Below are positions 38,781 through 51,725 of a stretch of DNA of 64,000 bases, one piece after another. This stretch comes from Vitrella brassicaformis CCMP3155. Taxonomy: Eukaryota > Protista > Chromerida. Each line of letters starts with the position of its first letter. Within the stretch, counting starts at the first letter, position 1. Position numbers and translations under genes: made by a program. Below the pieces are notes generated by a model, which saw nothing but the letters and a program-made list of their open reading frames with translations, did not search any database and was not told the DNA's origin. Location: the NCBI GenBank assembly GCA_001179505.1, contig CDMY01000718.1, positions 186,001-250,000 of the forward strand, in the 5' to 3' direction.

Positions 38781-41570
38781 ATGGCAAGTCAATCTCCCTC
38801 TCGTGGGGAAGAGGGCGTTCAGCAGCAGGAGCCTTCGAGAGCTGCTGGGCTGTGCGCAGTCCAGCCGACAAGTGAGCACACGAGAGGCAACTCTGCGCAT
38901 GGTCCTCACTCTGTTGGATGCGTGATCTTTTCTCAGGTGCTTCCAGTCAGCTTCGCAGCAACCACGATGCTGCCCTGCCTGAGCCGCCACGGATCAGTGG
39001 GGGCACACCAGTGACTGAAGATATGATACAGACAGCTGTTGCCACGATCGCCGTCACAGGCGTGCCACTGAGCAGCAATGCACCTGGGCACAACACGTCA
39101 CAGGTATGTGGACAAGTGAGCGGGCACGCAAAGATACGTGTGGCGCTTGATACCTGTCTGCCTGCTGGTTCCACCCAGGGCTCTCTCCATCATTTTTCAT
39201 CAACAGGACCGTCATCGATCGACCATGATCCGCCATTCCCCTACCCACAGCCACCAGCCGCCGCTCTTCCTCACCCCTCGCAGCCACCAATCCACCCGTA
39301 TTACCTACTCCCGCACCACGCCCTCGTCCATTGCCCCGTGGATGGCGTACCTGCTGTGTCGCCGGATGCGACGGCCGGGTCGGCACGCCGGCGTGCGTCA
39401 TCCCTCCCGTACTCTTCTCGATCAAGGGAATTCACGATCGACGAGAGAGAGAGGCTTGTGGACGAGTTCGAGACGCGCAGGGCAGCGGGAGAGGCCCTCA
39501 CGCAGCAGGCATTTGCACTCGAGAAGGGCATCACACTCAGCCAGCTGAAGCACTGGCTGGTCAAGGTGGGACAGGAGACTGAAGCAGCCGACAAGACAAA
39601 GAAGCGCAACAGGCCACCGAGGTATGGGCCGATCGAGGCCGAGATGCGTCAATGGATGCTAACCCAGCAACAGCCTATGCAAGTCCCGTGCGAGGCAATC
39701 CGCCGCAGAGCGCTGGAGATCGCTCGTCGCCTGGGCATCAACGACTTCAAGGCGAGCAACAGCTGGATCACAGGCCTCAAGGAACGCTACCAACAGGTGG
39801 GACAGAGATCGAGCAGGCGGGGCATGAGCGTATGCGCAATCCATCGCATGTCTGTTGCGTTGCCCGATTCAGGGTATCACTTTCGTCCCCGAACTGTCTC
39901 CTGCTGCTTCTGTCGCTGCTGCTGCTGCTGCTCCTGACACCGATGACGTGATGGTGAGGGAAGACTACATGAAAGGCGCACTCACCTCGGATTTGCGTGT
40001 GGTCTAGTTGGTGGGACCGGAGGTGTTCAGAGCCGACGCATCGGATGACAGGCACAGCCAGCCGAAACGGACAAACAATCAGGTGACAGCAAGCAGTTCA
40101 TGATTTCACATGACTCGTCATCTTGTGGGCGTTTCAGAGACGCGGAGAAGGGCGATCTGCTCCCCACTCCCCTCTCCCGACGCATCCACCCCATCCCCAC
40201 CCTCTGCCGATATCCCTCACCCTCCACCCAGCCCCACAGCCCAACACACCTCCATCCATCGGCACTTGCCAGGAGGGTGCTGCTGCTCCACAGCCAGTTG
40301 ACGACGATGATACACACACAGCGGATGGATTTATCGGCCGAGGTCGTGGCGACGAGCCAGCAGGGCCAACACAACAAGACAGCCTAATGGCGGAACTCGA
40401 GAGGGAGCTGAGAGACTACATGGCGAATTTTGGTTATCCAATGGCCGTGAACAGGGAGGTCATCAGGGACACAGCGTTGCAGATTGCAAGTCGGCTGCTG
40501 GGGCTGAATGACTTCTGCGCGAGCGACGAGTGGATCGAGGCATTCATGGTGCCGTACCAGCAGGTAGGAGAGAGCAAACACATGGAGGGAAGCAACGTCA
40601 ATGGCGATTCCTGTTTGCCCGCATGCTCTATTTCTCTCCAGAGCCCACCTGTTGTTGCCGCTGCGGCGGCTGCAAACAGTGCCTACTGCCCGGGTCATCC
40701 AACCCCGAGCACACAGTCGCCCAGCCCCCTCACCCCACAAGCAGGTCGGCCGCTGAATGACTACACATGTACCAGCACATATTCATTGGAACTGCTGCGC
40801 TTCAGGCAATGGCGGCGCTGCCGTACGTACCCCCGTGACGTCATCCCCTGCTCAGGTGAGCGTGTGTACGCACTTACGTGACTGTAGCGGCCCTGTGTGA
40901 TACTGTCTGTATATACATGTGTTCCCTACTGGCTCCAGAGCACTACGGGCGCTGCTGTGGAGCAACAGTCGGAACATTCACATGGCCGGGACACCATGAG
41001 TGTAAGAAGCACTACCACACCATCTGTCTGAGTACACATCAGCCATCTACATGTGTACTGTGTTGTCTCAGGTCGTCCACTCAGAGGACAGGAGGACGGC
41101 CAGTGGCGACAGGCACCCCAAGTACCAGAAGAATGACCGATTCCCGCACTTAGAGGACCCGTGCTCGGTGGTAAGGGGTGCATAGGGATCACTCGGCTGC
41201 AGCGCATCCGTATTGTCGTCTTCGTGTTGTGTGTTCAGGTATGGTCTCGTTCGTCGGTCAAGTCTGCGATCAGCGACAGCGCCGATGACACCTCCAGTGG
41301 CAAACAAGAGGTCAGTACGAAGGGAGGACACAGCAATAGCTTCCCTGCTGCACATGGGGTGTACACGTCCTTCTCTGTCTCTTGTGCCGTCACCAGGCCG
41401 ATGCTGACATCATTAGTTTGTCATCCGATGGTGTGGTCGCTGCAAGGGTCCTGGCGGCTTGCAGCACGACAGAACAAGGCTGTAGCGACACACTGCGAGG
41501 CGACGTGATACCTAAAATGACAGCCATTGACCCCTCACTCGTTACCGTTCACCAAGCATACGACTGGTAA
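38781..41570 (+). CDS. CENP-B/Tc5-type HTH protein without DDE domain; paralog of the 12510-17990 gene but lacking TLDc
   Basis: FTIDERERLVDEF...KGITLSQLKHW...KKRNRPPRYGPIEAEMRQW...AIRRRALEIARRLGINDFKASNSWITGLKER (~39425-39800), and a second HTH at ~40385-40563 (LERELRDY...IRDTALQIASRLLGLNDFCASDEWI). It shares exons WSRSSVKSA and DADIISLSSDGV with the paralog. Confidence 0.75.
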
Positions 41571-41967
41571 AACACTTGCACACATACGTACTCGTCCACG
41601 TAAATTATCAGATGGTATGGCAGGTACACTTATGAGCAGAACAAGGGCGTCAGTGGCTGGTTCTCCTTACTGGGGCCTGTTCATCAAGGAGGACAACACT
41701 ACGACCTGCGCAGGCAGGTACTCAGCAAGCGAAACGACGCAGGATAGGCCGACAAAGACTCTAGTGTCCGGCGTTTCTCAGGGCTCGGGCTTGCCCCCGG
41801 CCCACGTGTCAAGTAGTGATAACCTGATGGTAGAGCTGTTAGGTGTGTCGAGCCTGTTGGTTTCACTTAAGGTTCTCGCCAGCACAGTGCCTTTGACGGA
41901 ACAAGTGGTAGGCTGCGGTTCTGACGGTGCTTTGACATTGCGTCTTCTTGTCCTCTTCTCGGTGCAG

Positions 41968-44211
41968 GTCGCCCTGCTGATCGATCATCAGCTTCCATTC
42001 ATCACTTCAACCATTCAAAAGAACCGAGAGGCAATCGACCAGAGGGAGGAGAAGATCTTCGGGCAACTGGGGGACAGCATGAGAGAGCTGCTCAGGAAGC
42101 TGGAACCGCACGTCGGCGAGCTCGACCAGGGCATCAAAAATGCCTTTCATCGACTGGCCGAGAAGATAAATGGCGGCGCTGCAGTCGCATCTTCTTCTCT
42201 TGGCGAGTCCCTGCACGGCTTCCTGCACTCGTTCATGCTGATTCCATCCGAGAAGCGGAACCTTCTCCTGGAGATTGTAGCGGCGTGGACTGTCGAGCTC
42301 TTCACAAGGTACATGGCAGAATGGAGGTGGCCTGAGAGCGCTGAGTTGGGGTGTGTCTTTGCAGGTGTCCTCCCAACAATCGTCACTCATCCAGCAGGGA
42401 GGGCTCAAGACAGCCGAAAGGCCGCCGTGTTGGGTGCCGGGTGCCTGGCTGCTATCATGCCAACTGCCTGAGAACCGGACACCATTACTGCAAATGGTGC
42501 AAGGACACCGACTCTGCCCACTTCGCCGCTGATTGCCACCGCAAGCCCGGCTTCAGCGGGGAATACCCAGCAAACACGGCTTTGGTGAGTGGGCCAAACA
42601 AACGGGGACCGCTGCATGAGCCCATTTGGTGTGTCTGCTCATGCTCTTAGGCATTTTTATTGCCCTGGCCGTCGTTCCCATTCTGGTCGCACTACCCGTC
42701 ACCCCAGTACAGCTCCCCTCGCAGCATCCAAGACATCCTGGCCCACCACGCCCACGATCACGGCCGCGCAAAGGAGCCCACGGACGTCACCCGTCTGCTG
42801 AGCACGCTGCAGTCGGCCATGGGCGGCCGAGGGGGCAGCTTCCGTGGAGTGGAAAAGATGTGGACCTCCATCTTCATCGACGAGACGCTGCCCGTCCTGT
42901 GTGACGTCCTCTCCAAGGGCGGCTACAGCTTCCCTCTGCGATCCTCCTCCAACAACCCGGGCAGCGGCATGGAGAAACAGATGACGGCTCGGCAGTGCTT
43001 CGCCCTCATCGGCGCGGGCTTCCTCTGTCTGCACAAGCACGACGATCCAGGCAGCCTCAACTTTGACCGCCTGTTCGACAACAGCACACCCTCTGGCATG
43101 GCCAAGCTGCAGTGCTTCATCAACTACCTCGACACCATGGCGCGGGCCATCAAGGAGAACAAGAGCACCGAGACGGATCGTGTGGTCATCTTCCAAGCCC
43201 TGCATAGCCCAGCGGCGGGGCTTCAGGAGTGGTCGGAGTCGACTGCCACTCTGGTGGACGTGCGATTCGTGGAAGGCACCCAAGCGTCCATCTTCGACTC
43301 GGAGGGCATTAGGGGCGACTTCGCCAACGAGGACATCGGTGGCGGAACGCTGGGAAACGGTACGCAGACCACCTCAGGGGACCCACATGCCTTCTTGCAT
43401 GTGTGTCTGTGTCTTGCTGTGTGTGTGTGTGTCTGTGTCAGGTGCGGTGCAGGAGGAGATTTTGTTCTCAATCGAGCCTGAGTGCCTTGTCGCCCGCTAC
43501 CTCTTCCCCAGAGCCATGCAGCCCACAGAGGCCTTCATGATCGTCGGCTCCAAGACGTTCAGCCGCACATCGGGATACGGCCGCGAGACCCTCCGCTTCG
43601 CTGGCCCTGTCCTCGACACCGCCACCACGAGACACGTCGATGGCCATCCGGTGCTGAACAAGTACATCGTGGCCTTCGATGCCGTCAACTTTGGCAAGCA
43701 CGGGGGCGATCAGCAGTACGACGAGACGTGTGTGCTGCGGGAGCTCAACAAGGCACACACGGCGTTCCACTGCAATGGCCTGACGGTCGTCAGTGGCATG
43801 CCCTTCGCGACGGGTGAGTGAGGCACACACACAGAATGGTCATCTTGTCTTGTCTGCACATCTGCGTCGGCTCGTGTGTCTGTGCGTGTGTCTGTCTGTC
43901 CAGGCAATTGGGGCTGCGGTGTGTTTGGTGGCGACCCCCAGTGAAAGCTGCTCATCCAGTGGTGTGCTGCGAGTATCGCCGGCCGCCCGCTGCACTACTA
44001 CCCGCGAGACGAGCGCAGCCTTATGGGCGCCGAGCGCTTCATCCACAGCCTGAAGGCCGCTGGGTGCGACACTGTAGGCGGGCTGGTCCAGCTGATGTGT
44101 GACAGGCGCACACAGAGGGCCATCGCGGGGCGGAATCGAATGTCGGCATTCGAGGCCATCAAGGCGATCTTCACGGAGCGGAGCAGACCATCCCCACCAC
44201 CCGTGGTATAA
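41968..44211 (+). pseudogene. PARG: Poly(ADP-ribose) glycohydrolase copy 1 (helical exon + zinc finger + PARG) with in-frame TGA at 43942-43944
   Basis: GDFANEDIGGGTLGNG|AVQEEILF (GGG-x-QEE catalytic loop), SGYG, VAFDA, RELNKA, ATG|NWGCGVFGGDPQ*KLLIQW. Copy 2 has TGG at the position of the stop. The true 5' start is further upstream and uncertain. Confidence 0.85.
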
Positions 44212-44296
44212 GCTGCCCCTCCATACCTGTCTGCATCAATCTCATCGGCTTTGTGCGTTTGTGTGCCAGTCTCGCAGCTCATTGCCTCCATCCCAC

Positions 44297-46104
44297 ATGC
44301 AGCACTACTCGCCCCAGTTCGCATTGACCGACGCGCCTGCAACGCCACCCACGACACGTCAAGACGGCCAGCGCAACGTGGTGAGCCGTCAGCCAAAGCT
44401 GAGGTCCTGTGGTCATGCCTGTCTGTTTGTGCCCGCCATGTGTTGCCGTGGCTGTGTTGTCTGCAGGGTGGTTCGTCATCGTCAGGGCGGTCCCGCGGCC
44501 ACCACTCGCCCGACCACCACGCTCACCACCGCGGCTCCCATGACAGAGAGCACAGCCACGAGAGAAAGCCAAGTTATGACCCCAAGCCCTTGGGCTGCCG
44601 TGTCAAGGGCTGCACTCATCCCAACTGCCGGAAGACGGGCAAGCACTACTGCAAAACCTGCGGCGACACGGTACTGTGCCGACAAGAACCAAGGCCGATG
44701 ATGCGACGCGACACCAGTATCGCCTCTCTGTGTGTTTGTCTGTGTGCAGGACTCTGATCACTATTCGTCTGCATGCCCCAAGCTGCGGAAGGCCTCGTCG
44801 AGTCGGGTGCGGTCGGCCGCTGACTCGGGTGGAAGTGATGATGACGGCAACGAATCGGACGATAGCACAGTGCAAAGGGATGGGAAGGGGAGGCCGCATT
44901 GCTTCCTACGCACTCATGGTTAGTGCTGTTGTCTGTTGTGTGTTGCTGTCAGGCTGCATCGTCCCGCAGGTCTCGTCGGTCGTCTGGCTGCTCGTCTGGC
45001 TCCCCGGGTGGCGCCAACCCGATGATGCAGCCCATGATGCAGGTTCGCTCATGCGCATGCACTCAGTGGATGCGAAGGCTGGCCGATGGTGTGTTCTTTG
45101 GCATTGTGTGGCGCAGCTCCTCATGTCAATGATGCAGCAGCCGCCTCCGCCACCCCCTGCGCCCGCCACAGGAGCTGGCCAGCAGGACACCGACCAGACG
45201 GCCAATCAGAACACCAATCAGCAGACCAACCAGAACGCCAATGCAGCCCTGGTGGGCACACGCCACTGCAAGCACCTCCGCCGCCTCTCACCGTGTATTT
45301 GTATGTCCCCTTCAGGCCGCCCCTGTGTGTGACCCGCGTGTGCTGGCTACAGCCATGCTCTTCAACAACCTCTTCATATCGGGTCAGCAGCAGCAGCAGG
45401 GCGGTGACTCGCCTCGCCACCGCCGCCGCTCCCCGTCCCCCCGTCGCCCGTCGTGCGGCGTCCGAGGCTGCCGCATCGACCACTCCCAACACAAGTGCCG
45501 ACGGTGCGGCAAGATCAACGACCATTTGACCAGGGACTGCACAGTGCAATGTCGTGTGCCCGGCTGCAAGAAAGCGCACAATCACTACTGCCGTCTGTGT
45601 GGAGACAAGGACAGCGACCACTGGGCCAGCGAATGCCCCAAGGGCATCACACTTTACCACCAGACATCCATAGCGGCAGGTCAGGCGATCGCGTCGGGCC
45701 GCAACATGCAGCCGGGCACTGGTGGTCTCGTTGGTGGCGGCATCTATTTGTAAGCACATGGCACATCATGGCGTGAATGTGCTGTCTCTGCATGTACGTG
45801 CGCGTGTGTGTGTCTCGTCAGTGCGGCGACCGAGCAAGAGACCAACAGAAAGGCCCACCACCGCGGCTGCATGATCGAGGCCAGAGTGTACCTGGGAAAG
45901 ATCAAGCAGATCACCAAGACCCAGATCTTCAACTACACCCACCAGAGCCTGCAGCAAGAGGGCTACGACTCGATACACGTGACGCCCATGGTGACGGGGG
46001 ATGAGTACATCGTCTTCAACCGGGCGCAGGTTAAGCTGAGGAAGGTGTGGGACATGGCGACCAAAGCAGAGATTCCCATCAAGCATCATGATCTGTCACA
46101 GTGA
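44297..46104 (+). CDS. Zinc-finger ADP-ribosyltransferase (ARTD/PARP-like, H-Y-E triad; Gig2-like) copy 1
   Basis: Three Cys/His fingers, then TLYHQTS...GLVGGGIYF|AAT...EARVYLG...GYDSI...GDEYIVFN, giving a His, Tyr, Glu triad as in diphtheria-toxin-like ARTs. The ORF is open from the candidate ATG at 44297 (or from the upstream PARG exon, see findings). Confidence 0.8.
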
Positions 46105-46525
46105 GACCGGCATGTGTGATAAGACACATTGATGTGTGTAAGCTCTTTCCACGTGTTGTGTTGAGTGACTACGTGGTTAGTGATGTATAAGAAGTGATAT
46201 CTCGGTCGAGGTAGGTTTCGTGTGCTGGCTTTCCTTTTTGTCGGCTGCTGCCTTGGCCAACCGAAAGGTCGGCCCTGTAATGTGGTGTTGGTGGAGTGGG
46301 GGAGCTGACCGCATCGCTGTCATGCGCATGAATGCACTCTGTCTCTGTGCTACCGGCCTTGTGATGACTTGGTGCTACTAACCCTCTTGGTGCTCCGACG
46401 ACACACATTGCACAAGATATAATAAGTATTCACGAGCACATGAAAACACACCCAGTGAGTGCTGACCAGTCAGCTACAAGTGGGCAAATATCTACGCCTT
46501 GACCTGCTTCTACTCGCACTTGTGA

Positions 46526-49500
46526 TTATTTGCCTAGATAGTGCAGCCTATTGATTCGTTCGGGAAGCAGTTCCGCCAACTCCTTGGCCTAAAACACACA
46601 CACACACACACACGCACACACGCGCACACACAGCCGTTTTGCTGTATCAGTTGCATCGGTTGGTCACTTACTCACCAGTCTGACTTGCTCCTTGAGCGTA
46701 ACGTCGCATTTCTCTACCATGTCGGGATGCTTGGACGCATAAGCCAACACACTCTCGTACTCCTATGAACACACACACACACACACCGCACGCAGAGACT
46801 CAGTGACACAACAGGTGTATTCGTCTCTTGTGGTTGCTGACTTTGAGCGCCTTGACGTAGCTCTCCTTCCTCTGCTCGAACGTCGTACCGCACTTCATCA
46901 ACATACTAAACAACAACCACACATACACACACACACACACACACACAGATGCAACACAGCGCCTGAATGGACGCACTTATCAGCCTTCCTGACCTGGCTC
47001 TCGTCATCTTTGCCATCCAGTAGGGCTTGACATCGTCCTCCTCCAGCGACCACTCGCCCTCCCTCTCCCTCCTGTTGGCCTCACGCACCTCACCCAGCTT
47101 CGCCGACGCCACCTTGTGGGGGTCCTTGTCGAACGTGTTGATGAAGTGCGAGTAGAATGTCACGGCCTGCTGCGCCAGCTCGGCCAGCTTGGCTTGCAAC
47201 TTGCCGGACGGCTTCAGGCCTGGGAAAAGGGGAAGGCAGTTGGCAGATGAGTGTGTGCGTGGGTGTGTGTGTGGGGGAGGGGGGGAGGGGGGGCTGGCTG
47301 ACCGGTGTCGTCTTCTTGTTGATCTTGGTCTTTTGCGGGTGGTGGCTCCTTGGGCCGTGATGTGTGCAGGGACACGGCGGGCATATCGTATTTCTTGAGG
47401 TCGTGCAGCTCCTGACACAACTCGCCGCACTCGAACGCCATCTGACGACTGACAGACACGCACAGCCATCCACGCACATAAGTACACACAAGGCTGCGAT
47501 CTGCCTTTGTGCGTGTGGGGGGCTTACACGTGAACGAGGAAGTGTTGTGGATTGAGTTGCTCGACCAGCGGTCCCAGTATCTTTAGTCGCCGCGACATCA
47601 TCGATGCGATGCGCTGCGTGTCGGGCTCGAAGTAACTTAGATGCCTGTCAAGACACACACGTAGGTGTGTGAGAGGGTTCGTGGGCGCTGTGCATTGGAC
47701 TCTCACCTGTACAGTGCTGATTGCAGAATGGCCAGCCTAACGTGATCGGTCACATACCCATCCAGCACATAATACTGACACACACCACAGACACCAGCCA
47801 CAAATGCATGCAGACCTTTCCACGATGGTCCCTGCCGTACAGACGTTCATGGCCTGCTGCGCGTAGTAGTTGCCCAGCTTGAAGATCTCCCGCGCCATCT
47901 CAAACGAGAAAGCAGCACCCCTGTGCCGCTGGAACACATCCGGCTGCTCTTTGACACAGGCCGGCAGGTCGTCCTTCTCCATGTGCTCGGCTCGAAGGCG
48001 GAAGAACTCCTCGTTTGAGGACCGGATGCGGCGCTCGATCTCCTTGTGGATGGGAGGGAAGTGCACGGCAGGGGCCACCATCATGTCGGCGGAGAGGGCG
48101 ACACACCTGACGGCCACATGGACACACAGACGGCGTGCAAAAGGATCCCTGTATCTGTGCACGTGCGTGTTTGTGCGCACCGGTCCGGTGGCGTATGGAT
48201 GCCGTTCTCTTTGTCGCTGGCCTGGCCGTTGGCCTGGTCTGCTGGTGGTGTGTCGATGATCCGCTCCTCACTTTGTGCGGTATCCTTATCCTCCTCCCTG
48301 GACAACGCTATCACCTACACCACACACACACACACACACAAACAGACCCATTCACTTATCCATGGACACATGAATGCTGACCCACCCACCCGTCCACCCA
48401 CCCACCCATCCGCCCGCCAGCCCACCTCAGGTCTCTCTTGGTTCCACACGATATCATTCTCCCCCCTGACGCGCCACATCCAGCTGTCCAGGGTCTCTGT
48501 CGTCGGCAGGGCGTACGAGGACGATGCCGAGCCGTCGGTGTCCATCGACGACGAGCGAGTGGCTGCATCGTCTGAGCTGGCGAGAGGGGGTCCCAATGGC
48601 AGAGGGGAGGGAGGGGGCTGACAGACACACAAAAAAATACACACAAGCACCAGGTATGTTCCCATCCTTAGCTCCTGTGCGTGTTACCTCACCTCTGGCG
48701 GGAACACCAGGCGGCCGTCTTCCTCGATGTCCTTCCCATCCCCCTCGCCGCTCCCCGCTGCCTTGGAGCCGCCCTTGAAGCTCTCGGCCGCCCTGTCGGG
48801 GTGCTGGCAGAGCTGCTGGGAGAACTTGAGACGGATCGAGTAGAGGGTGGCCAGATCACGATGTACCTCGGCACGCAGCTCGGCGATGGGGAACGTATCA
48901 ACATCAGCCTGAAGGATCAACAAAGCGGAATGACGTCCTGCCGTCGGTTCGTAACGGGTGTGAAAGTGTGTGACCTGTGTGGCTCTCTGGGCGACGACAG
49001 CGGCTGCATGCAGCAGGTACTCGCTGGTCCACATCAGCACCTCGTTGACGAAGTAGTCGCTCAGCTGACAGGCGTTCCTCACCCAATCCTTGACGTCGAA
49101 CCGGTTGGCCTTGACCTTGTCATCCTCCTCATCCCCTCCCCTCTCTCTCCCCGGCGGCTGCATGAACTCGTCATCGGTGAACGACGACTTGTTGGCCAGC
49201 TGCCGCTCCAGCGTCATGGCGCAGTACTCGGCAGACAGCCGCCCCTCGCCCATCCCGCCATAAGCTTGCGCGAGGTAGAAGAGGGTCAGCGTATATTCCT
49301 TCTCCAGGTCGTGTGTGAAGCCCTCTGCTGTCGGCTGGGCGGCGGATTGCTTGGCGTGGGTGTAGAGCAGGAGATTGCGCCGGAGGTAGTTGCAGCCTCG
49401 CCTGGAGCTGGCGCGGTTGCACCAGATGGAGGCCATCAAGTTGCCCATCTTGAGCAGCATCAGCCGGTGCTTCTGCATCGACGCCTCGCCGACAGAAGGG

Positions 49501-49862
49501 TCGGAGCACAGCTGCAGCACCACCTGGTAGGCCCGCCTGAGCACCTTCTCCCCACTGGCAATCTCATCGGTGTCGACGTAGTTGAAGGCCAGCCTCACGT
49601 AGACGTCCATGAGCGCCTCCGTGAGCTTCCGCGAAGGCGACTGCTCACTCATGACGACCCCATCGCGCATCAACTCGAACAATATCTGCACAAACCATCA
49701 CACACTCGTCCATTTCACCACCGAATGTGTGTGTTTTCTCCTACGCACCTGTCTGCCTTTGTATTTCGAGGCGTATGGTGTGGTCTCCGGGTCAATCTTG
49801 GCGGATAGGTCATCGTACTGCTGCAGCCGCGACGCCCAGTCAGCAGGTAGGTGGGCAGCCAT
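46526..49862 (-). CDS. KIFBP: KIF-binding protein (KBP/KIFBP) homolog, TPR-like
   Basis: PETTPYASKYKGR, RLAFNYVDTDEIASGEKVL, EKEYTLTLFYLAQAYG...SAEYCAMTLERQL, DWVRNACQLSDYF, KEMAELLP-like C-terminus (AKELAELLPERI). Confidence 0.8.
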
Positions 49863-50133
49863 GCCGAACGCGACGGGCGGCGGAGTGAATGAATCGCTTT
49901 CAGCACTGCTTTGTTCTACTGAGCCGTCGTCTGTCTTCGCTCCTCTTTTTTCGCGAGATCTGCAAGCTTCGCCGCGAGCTTGGAGAGGATCGCTCCTTTG
50001 TCGTTTCGACGCGTTTTGGCTGGTTTCGCCCTCCGCCTTCCTCAGAGGCATGCAAAGGACGAGATGAGTCAAAAAACAGCGAGAAAAGATGGTTTCTTCC
50101 GCTGCTGCTGTTGCGAATGTGCAGGTGGCTGCC

Positions 50134-51279
50134 ATGAGTTTCCTCCAGACAGACGCGGAGCGCGCCGCAGCGATGCGCGAGAGCGGACCCAAAGTCACCG
50201 TCTACTCTGTCCGGGTGAGCATTGAGCAGATCGTGGGACGCTGTCACTCTTTCTCACTGTGTGCGTGTGTGGGTGTGCCCTTATACTTCAGTTTGAGAAG
50301 CCTCGTGACAAGAAGAGTTGGGATTCCTACCCTGTGGGCATGAGGAACCTCGAGTTCACCGTGTTCACCACAGAAGCATACGAGAAGAGGTACGCACGCT
50401 GCAGCCATGGCTGCGGAATTGTGTGCGCTGTATGTGCAGCGTTGGTGAGTTCGTCGGTGACGTGATCGACCTGGCGAAGGGGTACTGCAACGATGACGTG
50501 CCTGAGAAGGCGTTCGACCCGGAGATGTCCCTGAAGTACGTCGTTGCGATGATATGTAACCCCGATATCGACAAGATCTACGTGGCGCCACTCACACAGG
50601 AGAACATCCAGGTGTGTGTGCACGGCGCCACACATGCATACACCACACCGACCCTATCGATGTGTATACTGTATGTGTCAGTTGGGACTGTTGGCGGCTC
50701 GGATGAACGTCAAGTGCATCGACAGCACAGGCAAGACACTGATGGTGAGGACACCAATGGCACTGCTGTAAAGCCTATCATTATCACATTGGTATGTGTG
50801 GATTGATGGTCCTTCAGGGCAAGCCGGCGCAGCGGTTCGATCAGGGCGTGCCGATGGGATTCAACCCCGACATCTGTGTGAGTGACACACATGCAGACAC
50901 GAGACGCATACCACTCGCAGATGCGTGTGTGGATGGTGTTGTCTTGCCTTGGTTATGTCAGTTGGTCAAGACGTTCAAGCTGCAGATGTACACCGACTTT
51001 GAGTGCCGCTACATCGACCACCAACTGGCCAAGGCCACGGTGGGCAACACACAATATCAGAGAGACAGAGAGAGAGCGGGGGAGAGGGCACCCTCAGTGT
51101 GTGTGTGTGTGTGTGTGTGTCAGGATGAGGGCATGCCCTGTCTGTCCACAATCCGCGCCATGATCAAGGACACGAAGGCATATGACGACATGACGCTCCT
51201 GGCTCTCGCCAACCACGCGATAGCCAAGTCGAAGCTGCAAGCGCACGACGTCAGCAAGAGCTATGCGCTGGCTGATTGA
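50134..51279 (+). CDS. Hypothetical protein (~215 aa, about 6 exons), strongly GC3-biased codons
   Basis: Exons splice in frame: MSFLQTDAERAAAMRESGPKVTVYSVR|FEKPRDKKSWDSYPVG...|...KAFDPEMSLKYVVAMICNPDIDKIYVAP...|GKPAQRFDQG...|...KSYALAD*. No family recognised. Confidence 0.75.
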
Positions 51280-51725
51280 CGTACTGTTGGGACACACGAC
51301 GAGCATGCATGAAGCGAGGGGTGGGGGTGGGGCGTGATTGTATCATGTACGGGCACGTGTATAGGCAGGCAGGTGTGCTCTCCATTGGTTTATGACATGG
51401 TGTACAGATAAGCTACCCGGCATCGCATTTGTGCTCTCCCGCTTGTGGTTGTCACCCGCGTGAACTCAGTGTGCGCGTGCGTGTATATGAGTGTGTTCGG
51501 ACCATGTGTACAAGATGAACTTGACGCATAAAATGCCACATATCTCTTGACGTCCTTGGCAAATCACGCACTGACAAAGTCATGCACCTTTGAGAGACGT
51601 ACAAATACACAAGAACAAAGCCTCTGTTGACATAAAAAGCACCACAGTCTGCCTTCAACCTTGAAAAAGGAAATGTCCGCCTTTCCCAGTCTCCCTGCGG
51701 GCCCGCTGGATGGCCTGCTTGTCTG

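Noticed and set aside
43942-43944. TGA read as Trp (alternative genetic code) to rescue PARG1
   Set aside because: TGA terminates several clearly complete genes in this window (POP5, GH3, the TLDc genes, the CBM48 exon), so it is a normal stop. The context is also not the TGA-CTAG readthrough motif.
44870-44920. Apparent frameshift in ART copy 1 (49 nt vs 39 nt before a GT)
   Set aside because: An earlier phase-0 donor after DST (gtgcaa in copy 1, gtacga in copy 2) places this segment in the intron.
48681-49808. Long antisense ORFs (also 42699-43283, 54295-55191, 16618-17283, 32329-32742)
   Set aside because: These are shadow ORFs opposite GC3-rich coding exons, with no motifs and no independent splice structure.
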